A stretch of DNA of 64,000 nucleotides, from the NCBI GenBank assembly GCA_963798915.1, contig CAWCVB010000002.1:192001-256000 (forward strand), written 5' to 3'. Below are positions 21,481 through 32,165 of this stretch, piece after piece (the first letter of the stretch is position 1; each line of letters begins with the position of its first letter). The notes under the pieces were generated by a model, which was given only the letters and a program-made list of their open reading frames with translations, searched no databases and was not told the origin of the DNA. Origin of the DNA: an uncultured Gemmatimonadales bacterium. Lineage in GTDB: Bacteria; Gemmatimonadota; Gemmatimonadetes; Gemmatimonadales; GWC2-71-9. A program made the translations under genes and the position numbers.

Positions 21481-24152
21481 GGCTTCACCTTCGCCACCAA
21501 TTCGGGAAACCAGTTCTCTGCGTACGTCAGGTCGCCGTGCACTCCGGACAACTCACGGATCATCACGAAACGCTGATCATCTGGGGTCACGTCATATTCC
21601 TGCCGGTTCGAGGCGACGCGATACGAATTCAGGCGGAAGAGCGGACGCGGGTCCGCCGCGACGAGCCCGGCGCCCGGTGCGAACGCCGCGACCATCATCT
21701 GGTCACCGCTCTTGTAGAAGAGCTCGCGGCCGCTGTGTGCCCATCGCGGCTCGGCACCGCCGTTGCGGGAAACAAGCTGCCGTGATGTCGCCTGGGGAAA
21801 GGGCGACACGTAGATCTCATCCCGACCGGTCGCGTCGCCGGTGTAGGCGATCCAGCGTCCGTCCGGAGAGAGCGCGATCTCCGTCGTGAGGCTCGGATCC
21901 ACCAGGATCGGCACCAGCGCCGTGTCGCCGTCGAGGCGGCGCGCGCGGATGTTCGAGTCATCGTTGCCGTTCTCGTCCGATCGCACGATGAGCCACCTGC
22001 CATCGTGGGAATACTCCGCCTCCCAGATGCCCCAGGTGTGGTGCATCACGAGATGCGGCTCGGCGCTCCCGTTGACGGGGACCTGGTAGAGGTCGAAATC
22101 ATCCTGGCTCTGACCGCCCTGCCGATTGGTGGAAAAGATCACGGACTTCCCGTCGGGCGTCCACGCCGGCCGCCAGTTGACGGTGCCCGCGTCGGTCAGC
22201 TTCTGGCGGGTGCCGTCGGCATGCCGGATCCAGAGTTGCGTCGTCGCGTCGGTCACGCTGACGGCCAGCATGGTACCGTCTGGGGAGAGCGCCGGATACT
22301 GAAAATCGCTGTGCCACGTTGAATCGATCGGCACTGCACTTCCACTCCGGCTGACCCACGTCAGTTCCGAGTGCTCGCTACCCTCCGGTGAGGTGGTATA
22401 GAGGATCGTCCCCGTGCGTGACGTCGCGAAGTCGCCGGGAACGACGTCCGCAATCACGGGAGTCGGACCGGTCGTGGGGGTAAGCTTGTCGAGGTCGAAC
22501 CCCATGGCGTAGAGGCCGCCCGCCCGATCGGTGTAGAGGAGATGGCCGGTGGGGGAATACCATGCGCCGACGGCCTGTCGCACCAGCGTCCGCTCACTCA
22601 TCGTCCGAAGATCGAAGACCCGGACGGTCGATTCGATGGCGGGATTGCCGGGGCAGTCGGTGAACAGGAATCCCCGGCTGTCCGGGAGTGGAGCGATGGT
22701 CACGATCGAGCGGCCCGCCGACATCTCGCTGGGCGTGATCGGTCTGGCGACCCCGCCAGCATCGGCGATCTGGCCGAGCCATGCGCCCTGGATCGAGTAG
22801 ATGATGGTGCCGTTGTCGAGCCAGGCGGCCGCAGTGTACTGCAGGTCGCCGTTGTCGGCGAGCGTGACTGAGCCGCCGCCGTCGATCGGTACCTTCTTGA
22901 GCTTTCCATCGGCGGTGCGATAGCCGACCCAGCGCCCGTCCGGGGAAAAGAACGGCGACAACGCGCCGTCGGTCCCGGCGATGGGCATCGGCGCTGCCTC
23001 GCTCCGGAGCTTGCGCATGAGGTGAAATGCGCCGCGGCTGGAATCGGAATAGACGATACTCGAACCGTCCGGTGCGATCGCCGCCTGGGTGGCCGAGTAG
23101 GTACCACCAGCCCCGAGCAGGGGGGCAAGCGGGTTTTGCCAGAGCGAGACCCGCTGGCGACTGAGCGCCACTTTCGGTGCCGGTCGGAGCCAGCCCACCG
23201 CCGCGGCGACCATGGCCACCGCCGCGAATGCCACGGTCGCCCACCAGGTTCGACGGGACAGGCCACCGCGGCCCGCCGTCCCAGCGGTGGCAGCCGTGCT
23301 GTCCACCGTCGTGAACGCCGGGTTGGCCAGTGCCTCGGCGAACGCCTTGGCGCTCCCGAAGCGGTCGGCGGGCAACTTCTCCAGCGACTTCGCCAGCGCG
23401 GCCGCCACGTTCGGCGGCACCGACTTCCGGTACTTTGTCACCGGCTCGGCCGGCTCGGCGATGATCTTCATAATGATCTGCTGCGCCGAGTGCCCGATGT
23501 GCGGTGGCTCGCCAGCGAGCATCTCGTAGAGCACGCTGCCGAGCGAGTAGATGTCGCTCCGGCCGGTGATCTCCTTGTCGGCGGTCGCCTGCTCGGGACT
23601 CATGTAATGCGGCGTGCCGAGCGAGAGGCCGGTCTCGGTCATCCGCCCGCCGGCGGCGGCCGAGACGGCCAGCGCAATCCCGAAGTCCATTACCATCGGC
23701 CGGCCGTCGTGCAGCAGGATGTTCTCGGGCTTGATGTCCCGATGGATCACGCCGTGGCGATGGGCGTAGTCGAGCGCGTCCGCCACCTCGGTGGTGATCT
23801 TGACCGCCTCCTCGATGCCGAGCTGGGTCTCGCGGTTGAGCTTCCCCCGGATGGTTTCGCCCTCGATGTAGGGCATGACGTAGTACAGCTGGCCGCCGGC
23901 TTCGCCAGAGTCGAAGAGGGGCAGGATATGCGGATGACTGAGCGCCGCGGTGGTCTTGATTTCCTGGACGAAGCGTTCGGCGCCGAGGACGGCGGCGAGC
24001 TCCGGCCGCAGCACCTTGATGGCGACCCGGCGCTCGTGCTTGAGGTCCTCGGCGAGGTAGACCGTGGCCATGCCGCCGGCGCCGAGCTCGCGCTCGATGA
24101 CATACCGCTCGCGCAGGCTGGCCCTGAGTGCGTCCATGCCCACCTCGCTCAT
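21477..24152 (-). CDS. K16: Ser/Thr kinase-TM-beta-propeller
   Basis: Intact kinase motifs, TM, SPDG/TPDG repeats, YDVTPDDQRF..NW end; ATGA overlaps on both sides. Confidence 0.95.
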   Translation of the reverse strand: MSEVGMDALRASLRERYVIERELGAGGMATVYLAEDLKHERRVAIKVLRPELAAVLGAERFVQEIKTTAALSHPHILPLFDSGEAGGQLYYVMPYIEGETIRGKLNRETQLGIEEAVKITTEVADALDYAHRHGVIHRDIKPENILLHDGRPMVMDFGIALAVSAAAGGRMTETGLSLGTPHYMSPEQATADKEITGRSDIYSLGSVLYEMLAGEPPHIGHSAQQIIMKIIAEPAEPVTKYRKSVPPNVAAALAKSLEKLPADRFGSAKAFAEALANPAFTTVDSTAATAGTAGRGGLSRRTWWATVAFAAVAMVAAAVGWLRPAPKVALSRQRVSLWQNPLAPLLGAGGTYSATQAAIAPDGSSIVYSDSSRGAFHLMRKLRSEAAPMPIAGTDGALSPFFSPDGRWVGYRTADGKLKKVPIDGGGSVTLADNGDLQYTAAAWLDNGTIIYSIQGAWLGQIADAGGVARPITPSEMSAGRSIVTIAPLPDSRGFLFTDCPGNPAIESTVRVFDLRTMSERTLVRQAVGAWYSPTGHLLYTDRAGGLYAMGFDLDKLTPTTGPTPVIADVVPGDFATSRTGTILYTTSPEGSEHSELTWVSRSGSAVPIDSTWHSDFQYPALSPDGTMLAVSVTDATTQLWIRHADGTRQKLTDAGTVNWRPAWTPDGKSVIFSTNRQGGQSQDDFDLYQVPVNGSAEPHLVMHHTWGIWEAEYSHDGRWLIVRSDENGNDDSNIRARRLDGDTALVPILVDPSLTTEIALSPDGRWIAYTGDATGRDEIYVSPFPQATSRQLVSRNGGAEPRWAHSGRELFYKSGDQMMVAAFAPGAGLVAADPRPLFRLNSYRVASNRQEYDVTPDDQRFVMIRELSGVHGDLTYAENWFPELVAKVKP

Positions 24153-26806
24153 TGGGCAGCTCCCTCGCGGCGGATCCGCGCCCGAACCTCATTCGCGAAT
24201 CCGTAGAACACCTGCAATTGCGGGGCCTCGGCGCTCTTGACCATCAGGAACCGGCTTCCGTCGAGAGAGACGTCGTAATTGGCATGCGGGGCCTGGGCAA
24301 ACATGTACTCGTCCGTGAAGAGTGGCGAGCGGCTTGTGACGGCGATACCCGCACTGGTCGTCACGGTGGCTGCCATGAGATTGCGCCCGTCGCGGTAGAA
24401 GATCCGTCGGCCATCGCGGGACCAGACCGGTTCGGCGCCGCGACCCGACGAGATCTGCACAAGTGGCCCGGGGCCAGGGAAGGGTTGCACGAACACCTGA
24501 TCGAAGCCCGAGGCATCACTGACGAAGGCGATCCACTTGCCGTCGGGAGAGAAGCGCGGCTGGGCCTCGATGAACCCGGACGCGGCGAACGGCCGGGAGG
24601 TCGTGTCGCCCACCAGCCCCCGGACCATGATGTCAGCCTGATGCTCCCCGCCATCGTCAACCTGATAGGCAAGCGCCTTCCCATCGGGCGCGATGACGCC
24701 CTCGTAGTACTGGTGTCGACTATCGGTCTGGAGTGGCGTCGCCGCACTGCTCATGTCCACCGGCTGCCACCAGATGCTGGTACGGGACCCTCGCGTCGAC
24801 CGGAACAGGACCCGCTGCCCATCGGGAGTCCACTCGGGACGGTCGTTGAGTGCATCGGTGTTGGTGAGGCGTGTCTGCGTGGCTGAGGCGATGTCGTAGA
24901 GCCAGATGTCGGAACGGCCGCCTCCACCGATCGCCATGGCGAAGCGGCGCCCGTCGGGTGAGAGCCGCGGGAAGGCGTAGACCTGCGAATCGGGGAGGAT
25001 CGGCGCGAACCTTCCCTCCAGGTCGACCCACCCGACCCAGGCGGCGGTGTGTGCCTTCTGGAAGACCAGTGTTCCACCTGGCGAGAGCGCCGCCTCACTT
25101 GCCCCGGCGACGCTGGTCAGCACGTCGGCGCCGAGGGGCACCGGACTGGAGGTCAGATTGCCGCCGGCCACGTCGAGCCGGACCGCCGAGAGGGCGCCGG
25201 CCGGGTTCACGTAGACCAGGACGTCGTCAATCATCCCGAGTACGTCGCGAATGAGGAGATCGACCCGCTGCACCTCGTTGGTCTTGAGCGAGAGGATGCC
25301 GAGGGTCACCTGGGTCACACCGCCCACTGGCTGGATCCCGAAAAGGACGTGTTCCCCATCGGGGAGGGCGCGCGGTTGCTCGAAGTAGACATCTCCCCTG
25401 GCCGTATCGGGCACCGCGATCAGCCGGGCGGTGCCGCCTGCCGCGGGCAGCGTCATCACGCCGGGAGTCGAGGCGGTCACGATGCTGCCGTTGGAAGCCC
25501 AGCTGAGGCCGATCGAACCGGGGCCGACGGTGCCGACCATGATCGGTGTGCCGCCGCTCAGCTCCACTCTCCAGACCACGTTGCGGACGAGGTACGCCAC
25601 CGACTTCCCGTCGGGCGAGAAGCCCGGTTGCTGGGCGCCATCCGTGCCGGCCATGATCCGGGCTTCGGCCTCACCGATCGGACGGATGGCGAGACGCACC
25701 GTGCCATCGCGATCGACCACCGAGTAGGCGATGGTCCCGCCGTCGGGAGAGACGGCCACGTTGGTTCCCGCCGCCGCGTTGTTGACCAGGATGGAGGCGG
25801 AGCGGGGGATGGCAAACCGGATCATCGGCTCCGGCCGGTCGCGATGCGCGGCCCGCCACTGCACAGCGGCGAGGGCGAGTGCGGCCACGAGCGCGAGGCC
25901 CATGACCGCCATCGCGCGCTGGCTCGTCCCGCGAGCGATGGCACCGAAGCCCGTCGCGCTGGTGGTCCCGGTGGTGAACCCCGGATCGGCCAGCGCGTCG
26001 GCAAACTCCTTCGCGGTGGCGAAGCGATCGGCGGGCAGCTTCTCCAGCCCCTTGGCGAGCGCAGCCGCGACATTGGCCGGCACGCTCTTGCGATACCTGG
26101 TGACCGGCTGGGCCTCCTCGGCCACGATCTTCATGATGATCTGCTGCGCCGAGCTTCCGGTGTGGGGCGGATTGCCGGTGAGCATCTCGTAGCAGACGCT
26201 CGCGATCGAGTAGATGTCGCTCCGGCCGGTGATCTCCTTGTCCGCCGTGGCCTGCTCGGGGCTCATGTAATGCGGGGTACCGAGCGAGAGCCCGGTTTCG
26301 GTCATCCGGCCGCCCGCGGCGGCTGAGACCGCCAGGGCGATGCCGAAGTCGGCGACCATCGGCCGACCATCATGCAGCAGGATGTTCTCTGGCTTGATGT
26401 CACGGTGGACCACGCCGTGGCGGTGGGCGTAGTCGAGGGCGTCGGCGACCTCGCGGGTGATCCGGACCGCCTCGTCCACGCCCAGCTGGGTCTCGCGGTT
26501 CAGCTTGTCGCGAAGGGTTTCCCCTTCGATGTACGGCATGGCATACCACAGCAATCCGCCGGACTCGCCGCTGTCAAAGAGCGGCAGGATGTGCGGGTGC
26601 TGGAGCTGGGCGGTGGTGGTGATCTCCTGGACGAATCGCTCGGCGCCGAGGACGGCGGCGAGTTCGGGCTTGAGGACCTTGATCGCCACCTGCCGCTTGT
26701 GCTTGAGGTCCTCGGCCAGGTAGACCGTGGCCATGCCGCCCTGCCCGAGCTCGCGCTCGATGCGGTAGCGGTCGGACAACGCCGCCGTGAGTCGATCCAT
26801 GCTCAC
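24149..26806 (-). CDS. K15: Ser/Thr kinase-TM-beta-propeller
   Basis: Intact kinase motifs, TM, SPDG repeats; GTGA overlap with K14. Confidence 0.95.
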   Translation of the reverse strand: MSMDRLTAALSDRYRIERELGQGGMATVYLAEDLKHKRQVAIKVLKPELAAVLGAERFVQEITTTAQLQHPHILPLFDSGESGGLLWYAMPYIEGETLRDKLNRETQLGVDEAVRITREVADALDYAHRHGVVHRDIKPENILLHDGRPMVADFGIALAVSAAAGGRMTETGLSLGTPHYMSPEQATADKEITGRSDIYSIASVCYEMLTGNPPHTGSSAQQIIMKIVAEEAQPVTRYRKSVPANVAAALAKGLEKLPADRFATAKEFADALADPGFTTGTTSATGFGAIARGTSQRAMAVMGLALVAALALAAVQWRAAHRDRPEPMIRFAIPRSASILVNNAAAGTNVAVSPDGGTIAYSVVDRDGTVRLAIRPIGEAEARIMAGTDGAQQPGFSPDGKSVAYLVRNVVWRVELSGGTPIMVGTVGPGSIGLSWASNGSIVTASTPGVMTLPAAGGTARLIAVPDTARGDVYFEQPRALPDGEHVLFGIQPVGGVTQVTLGILSLKTNEVQRVDLLIRDVLGMIDDVLVYVNPAGALSAVRLDVAGGNLTSSPVPLGADVLTSVAGASEAALSPGGTLVFQKAHTAAWVGWVDLEGRFAPILPDSQVYAFPRLSPDGRRFAMAIGGGGRSDIWLYDIASATQTRLTNTDALNDRPEWTPDGQRVLFRSTRGSRTSIWWQPVDMSSAATPLQTDSRHQYYEGVIAPDGKALAYQVDDGGEHQADIMVRGLVGDTTSRPFAASGFIEAQPRFSPDGKWIAFVSDASGFDQVFVQPFPGPGPLVQISSGRGAEPVWSRDGRRIFYRDGRNLMAATVTTSAGIAVTSRSPLFTDEYMFAQAPHANYDVSLDGSRFLMVKSAEAPQLQVFYGFANEVRARIRREGAAQ

Positions 26807-29433
26807 TGGGCTACCTTCCGCCGGAGCGTGGACGTCCAGTTGATGATCACGTGCATCGGGAGTGCCTCCGGCCTGGCAATGGGAGTCACCAGCAGGAATC
26901 GGGAGCCATCCGGGGTAACGTCGTACCCGGCCGTGCGATGATCGAGCTGGCCTGCATCGGGCTTCTGGAACAGAACAGCCGGCGACCCGACCTTGGGAGT
27001 GGCCGGGTCGAAGGGCACGGCCAGCATCGCGCTCCCCTGCCGATAGACGATCTCGCGGCCGCCCCTGGTCCAGCGCGGCTGGTTGCCACCATCCGCGGAG
27101 ACCAGGAGGCGGCCGGCATGACCGTCCAGGGCCCGGACGTACACCTGCGCATTGCCGTTCTGGTCCGACTGGTCGTAGGCCAGCCAGCGTCCATCCGGCG
27201 AGATCGCGGCATCGCGCTGAGGTCCCGGCTGATCATCGAAGACCCGGGGCGTGCCCCCCGCAAGATCGAGCAGCATGATCCGGTCGCGGTCCACCACCTC
27301 CGAATAGGCCAGTGTCCGGCCGTCCGGGGAAATCGCCTGGGCACGCTTGTCGTACGGCGTGGCCACGACAGCGGTGTCGGGAGCGGAGGCGTCGATGGCC
27401 ATCCGGTGCAGGTCGTACACCGGGTCTTCGAATGTGTAGATGATCGAGCGGCTGTCGGGCATCCAGACCGCGTTGAAGGCAGCGCCCTGCGCATGCGTGA
27501 GCTGCGACAGGACCCCTCGCGTGCGATCGAAGAGCCAGACATCACGCTTCGGTTCCGTCTGGCTCAGTGCGATCCACCGGCCATCAGGTGACAGCCTCGG
27601 TTCTGCCCAGGATCCCGCCTGCGGCAGGGCCGCCTGCTCATTCCCGGCGCGATCCGACCAGATAACGCGGCGATCGACCTTCCACTCCGAACCCTTCAGG
27701 TAGACGAGGGTGCCATTGTCGGACACCGCAAATCCTGCCAGGCCATCCTGCGGCTGCCAGGCGAGATCCTCGATCACCGGCGTCGCCGTGCCGCTCACCT
27801 TGAGCGTTGCCGGATCGAACCGCACGGCAAACACTGCCCCGCTGCGCGCGTACAGGAGGTAGCCGCCGGTCACGTAGCGGCCGAAGACGGCGCCCTGGAC
27901 CAGGGTGGTGCGCCGGCCGGTGGCAAGATCGACTGCCTCGACTCGTGCACGATCGAGGGGCGTCGCATAGCTCGTGAAGATGGCGGCCTTGTCGCCGGGC
28001 AGGACCTGGGGCCACCAGTGGTTGAATTCCCGGCGCGCGGTGTCGAGGGAGGTCACCCGGACAGCTGTGCCGCCCGAGGACGAAACCCGCCAGAGCCCGC
28101 CATTCGACTTGGCATAGAACACGAAACCGTCATCCATGCTCCAGCCGGAGCCGCCCGCGCTGTTCGAATCAGAGAGTTCGGTCGCCGGGCCTCCCTCAGC
28201 AGGAATCTTGTACATGTTCCCACGTCGCGTGAAGGCGATCCACTTGCCGTCGTGAGAAATCGTGGGGTCCTCGATATCGTCCGCGCCCGGAATCTGCGTG
28301 ATGGTCGTTGATCCGAGGTCCCGACGGGCCAGGCGACTGACACCTAAAGAATCTTCCACCTCCTGAAGGATCCACCGGCCATCAGGGGAGATGTCGACAA
28401 ACGCGCGGTCCCGCCCGCCATCCCCGAGTCGCAGTGCGAACTCCACCGGCATCGTGGTGGCCGGCTTCGTGGTGACGCCTCGCATCAGCCAGCCCGCGGC
28501 CACCGCCAGGATCCCCAGCGCGGCGGCAGCGAGCACGGCGGTACGGCGCGACCCGAATGGAGGGTTCCGGACGGCCCGTGTCCGCGTCGGGCTGCTGATT
28601 CCCTCCGTCCTGCCATTCAGTGCTGCGGCAAACTCGGCGGCCGACGCGAAGCGGTCGGCGGGGAGCTTCTCCAGTGCCGTGAAGACCGCGGCCTCGACGT
28701 GGGGCGGTACGCTCTTCCGCTGGATGGTGAGTGGCCGCGGCTCCTCGGTCATCACCCGGGCGATGATCGCCTGTGCCGTGGGCCCGCTGAAGGGCGGCTC
28801 GCCCACCAGCATCTCATAGGTCACACAGCCCAGCGCATAGACATCGCTCCGCGCCGTGATCTCCCGCTCGCCCATCGCCTGCTCGGGGCTCATGTAGTGG
28901 GGCGTACCCAGCGACATCCCCGTTTCGGTCATCCGGGTGCCGGCCCCGCTGCTCGCGGCCAGGGCAATACCGAAGTCGGCCACGAGGGCACTGCCGTCGT
29001 GCAGCAGGATGTTCTCGGGCTTGATGTCGCGGTGGATCACGTCGTGGCGGTGGGCATAGTCGAGCGCGCCGGCCACCTCGGTGGCGATCCGCACCGCGTC
29101 GCCCACCGGCAGCTGCTTCTCCCGCACCAGCCGGTCGCGGAGCGACTCGCCCTCGACGTAGGGCATGACGTACCAGAGCATGCCGCCGCTGTCCCCCGAG
29201 TCGATCAGGGCCAGGATGTGCGGGTGCTGCAGGTTGGCGGTGGTGCGGATCTCGGCGAGGAAGCGCTCGGCGCCAATCACGGCGGCGAGCTCGGGCTTCA
29301 GGACCTTGATCGCCACCTTGCGCTGGTGCTTGAGGTCTTCGGCCAGGTACACCGTGGCCATGCCACCGGCGCCGAGCTCGCGCTCGATCCGGTAGCGGTC
29401 GGCGAGTGATGCCCTGAGCGACTCGATGCTCAT
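26803..29433 (-). CDS. K14: Ser/Thr kinase-TM-beta-propeller
   Basis: ATG 29433 after GGAGGAGGAG (MSIESLRASLADRY); intact kinase motifs, TM, SPDG repeats. Confidence 0.95.
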   Translation of the reverse strand: MSIESLRASLADRYRIERELGAGGMATVYLAEDLKHQRKVAIKVLKPELAAVIGAERFLAEIRTTANLQHPHILALIDSGDSGGMLWYVMPYVEGESLRDRLVREKQLPVGDAVRIATEVAGALDYAHRHDVIHRDIKPENILLHDGSALVADFGIALAASSGAGTRMTETGMSLGTPHYMSPEQAMGEREITARSDVYALGCVTYEMLVGEPPFSGPTAQAIIARVMTEEPRPLTIQRKSVPPHVEAAVFTALEKLPADRFASAAEFAAALNGRTEGISSPTRTRAVRNPPFGSRRTAVLAAAALGILAVAAGWLMRGVTTKPATTMPVEFALRLGDGGRDRAFVDISPDGRWILQEVEDSLGVSRLARRDLGSTTITQIPGADDIEDPTISHDGKWIAFTRRGNMYKIPAEGGPATELSDSNSAGGSGWSMDDGFVFYAKSNGGLWRVSSSGGTAVRVTSLDTARREFNHWWPQVLPGDKAAIFTSYATPLDRARVEAVDLATGRRTTLVQGAVFGRYVTGGYLLYARSGAVFAVRFDPATLKVSGTATPVIEDLAWQPQDGLAGFAVSDNGTLVYLKGSEWKVDRRVIWSDRAGNEQAALPQAGSWAEPRLSPDGRWIALSQTEPKRDVWLFDRTRGVLSQLTHAQGAAFNAVWMPDSRSIIYTFEDPVYDLHRMAIDASAPDTAVVATPYDKRAQAISPDGRTLAYSEVVDRDRIMLLDLAGGTPRVFDDQPGPQRDAAISPDGRWLAYDQSDQNGNAQVYVRALDGHAGRLLVSADGGNQPRWTRGGREIVYRQGSAMLAVPFDPATPKVGSPAVLFQKPDAGQLDHRTAGYDVTPDGSRFLLVTPIARPEALPMHVIINWTSTLRRKVAQ

Positions 29434-29474
29434 GACGCTCCTCCTCCAGGAAGAGAGTCGTAACGTGACCTCAT
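29430..29474 (-). CDS. Bridging mini-ORF MRSRYDSLPGGGAS (14 aa)
   Basis: ATGA overlap with the K13 stop and ATGA overlap with the K14 start. Confidence 0.35.
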   Translation of the reverse strand: MRSRYDSLPGGGAS

Positions 29475-32165
29475 CGAGGTGCTCCGCGTCCCGATGCACC
29501 ATCGAGAATCAGCCGGATCGATCGCGCCGAGTGTTCCGATGAGGGGATCTTGATGAGGAACCGCTGTTCATCCGGCGAGACCGCGTAGGGCCGCCCGGAA
29601 TAATTCGCGAAGCGCTGGGTCGCGATCAGCTGCGGCGGCTCGAAGCGCGGCGGTGAACCGGGGTGAACCCGGACCATATACATCTGGGAATTGGACGGGA
29701 AGAAGATCTCGTCGCCCTTCGCGGACCAGTACGGAACATCCCCGTCGAGGCTGGCCGGAGATCCGGTAGATCTCGCCGGTGGGAGGATACGGTTCGACAA
29801 GGACACCCCCAGCCCGGCCCAGGTACGCCACCCACCGGTCGTCGGGGGAGAACGTCGGACCATAGGCGCCCCCGGCCTGCCCACCCAGCGCGACAACCTC
29901 CGGCGGGGAACTGCCATCGAGGGCAACCCGATAGTTGCTGAGCTGGTCTTCGCCTGCCAGCGACTGATCCGCCGGCGAGCCGAGCAGGAAGCGATCGTCG
30001 TGCGTGAGGCCGAATGGGTAGATGCTCGACCGGGCCAGCGTATCCACTTGCCCCGGGCGACGGGGATCCATTCGGACCAGCACTCCTCCGGGGAGCCCGG
30101 CAATGACATACCTGCCGTCGCGGGTCCAGCGACTCTGCGAGGCCCTGAGATGGGTGAGGAGCCGGGTTCGATTCCCGCTTCGGAGATCGTAGAGCCAGAG
30201 TTCGAGCGCCCCGGACACCGCAGGGATCGCGACGACCACGCGCGTGCCGTCCGGGGAGACGTCGGTCCCCATCGAGTTGGCGGCGGGGAAGGGCAGCGTG
30301 TCCACTCGGCCACGGCGATCGAGCCAGGCCAGCACGCCGAGATGCGCATCGGTCCCGGCGATATAGGCGATCGTCCCGTTGGCCGCAGAGGCGACCTGGG
30401 ACTGCTGGGTCCACGACTCCTGCCTGACGCCGGTGGCGACGAGGACGGGTTCACCCGACGTCGCCAGGCGATCGGGGTCGAAGCGGATCGACAGCAGGGT
30501 GCCGTCGGGGCTGGTGTAGATGAGGTGTCCATCGTCGCGATACAAGGGTGTGTTGCCGATCAGCGCATCGTCCGGGATCGGATGACCAACCTGCCACACC
30601 CGGGCCTCGCCGGACCGGACCAGCACCCGATGCTCCCCGGTCGCCAGCTCGTAGGCGAGCAGGAAGGTGAATCCCTGGTCCGAGACGCCGGTGCACAGGA
30701 TCCTGCCGTCGTCGGGCAGGAGACTCATCGTCTTGGTGCATTCCTGACGGGCGTCGCCATTCAGGCGGACCGCCTGCCCTCCCGAGGCCGACACGCGCAA
30801 CAGGGCCGACTGCGAGAGATCGGAAGTGAAGAGGATGTCGCCAGTCCGGGTCCAGACGCCGCCGGTCGTCTGGCTTGCCTCGGCCAGGGTGGTGACCGGG
30901 CCTCCGGTCGTCGCCACCTTGCGCAACTGGTTGTCGGCGAAGAACCCGATCCAGGCCCCGTCCGGGGAGAAGAAGGGATGGAAGGCGCCCTCGGTGCCAG
31001 CGAGCGGCGTCGCCTCGAAACGATCGAGCGGTCGGACGTAGATCCGGGGACGGCTGCCGCCTCCGCCGACGTAGGCGAGTGTCTTCCCATCATTGGAGAG
31101 CGCAATCGCGGTCTGTCCCACTCCGATCGTCGCTTCTCCGATGAACTCGACCGGCGCTGAATCCGGGAGCACGATGTCGGCCCTGGTCGTGCCTGAGGTT
31201 CCGGTGATCTCCCGGGGCCGCAGCCAGCCCCAGGCGGCGAGAGCGAGGGCCAGCAGAGCGGCGGCAGGCCAGACCAGACGCAGGGCCGTCGGTCGGGCGG
31301 CACGCCGGGTTCCAGTGGTGTGCCGCGTCGCGGTGCCGCTCCCCTCCAGCGCGGCCGCAAACTCGGCGGCGGTGGCGAAGCGGTCGGCGGGGAGCTTGGC
31401 GAGGGCCGTGAGCACCGCGTCCTCGACCGCCTGGGGCACCGTGTCGCGGACGTTGGACGGCGGAGCCGGCTTCTCGGTCACCACCTTGGCGACGATCGCC
31501 TGCGCGGTGCTGCCGGTGAACGGCGGATCGCCGGTCAGCATCTCGTAGAGCACGCAGCCCAGCGCATAGACGTCGCTCCGGGCGGTGATCTCGCGCTCGC
31601 CCATCGCCTGCTCCGGGCTCATGTAGTGCGGCGTGCCGAGACTCATGCCCGTCTCGGTCATCCGGGTGCCGGCGGTGCTGGCGGCCAGCGCGATGCCGAA
31701 ATCGGCCACGAGCGCGCTGCCGTCGTGCAGCAGGATGTTCTCCGGTTTGATGTCGCGATGGATCACCCCGTGGCGGTGGGCATAGTCGAGCGCACTCGCC
31801 ACCTCGCCGGTGATACGCAGCGCGTCCGGGATCGGCAGCTGCTTCTCGCGCGTCAGCCGGTCGCGGAGTGATTCGCCCTCGATGAACGGCATCGCATACC
31901 AGAGCAGTCCGCCGGCATCACCCGAGTCGATCAGCCCCAGGATGTGCGGATGCTGCAGGTTCGCGGTGGTCTTGATCTCCTTGAGGAAGCGATCGGCGCC
32001 GATCACGGCGGCGAGCTCGGGGCGGAGGACTTTGATGGCGACTTGGCGGTCGTGTTTCAGGTCGTGGGCGAGGTAGACGGTGGCCATGCCGCCGTGACCC
32101 AGTTCATGCTCAATGCGGTAGCGGCCGGCCAGCGCGGTGGTGAGGCGGTCGAGATCGGCGCTCAT
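29471..32165 (-). CDS. K13: Ser/Thr kinase-TM-beta-propeller; apparent 1-nt frameshift near 29754
   Basis: ATG 32165 (MSADLDRLTTALAGRY); the last blade VPYWSAKGDEIFF..YAVSPDEQRFLI is in the frame ending at 29471. Confidence 0.9.
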
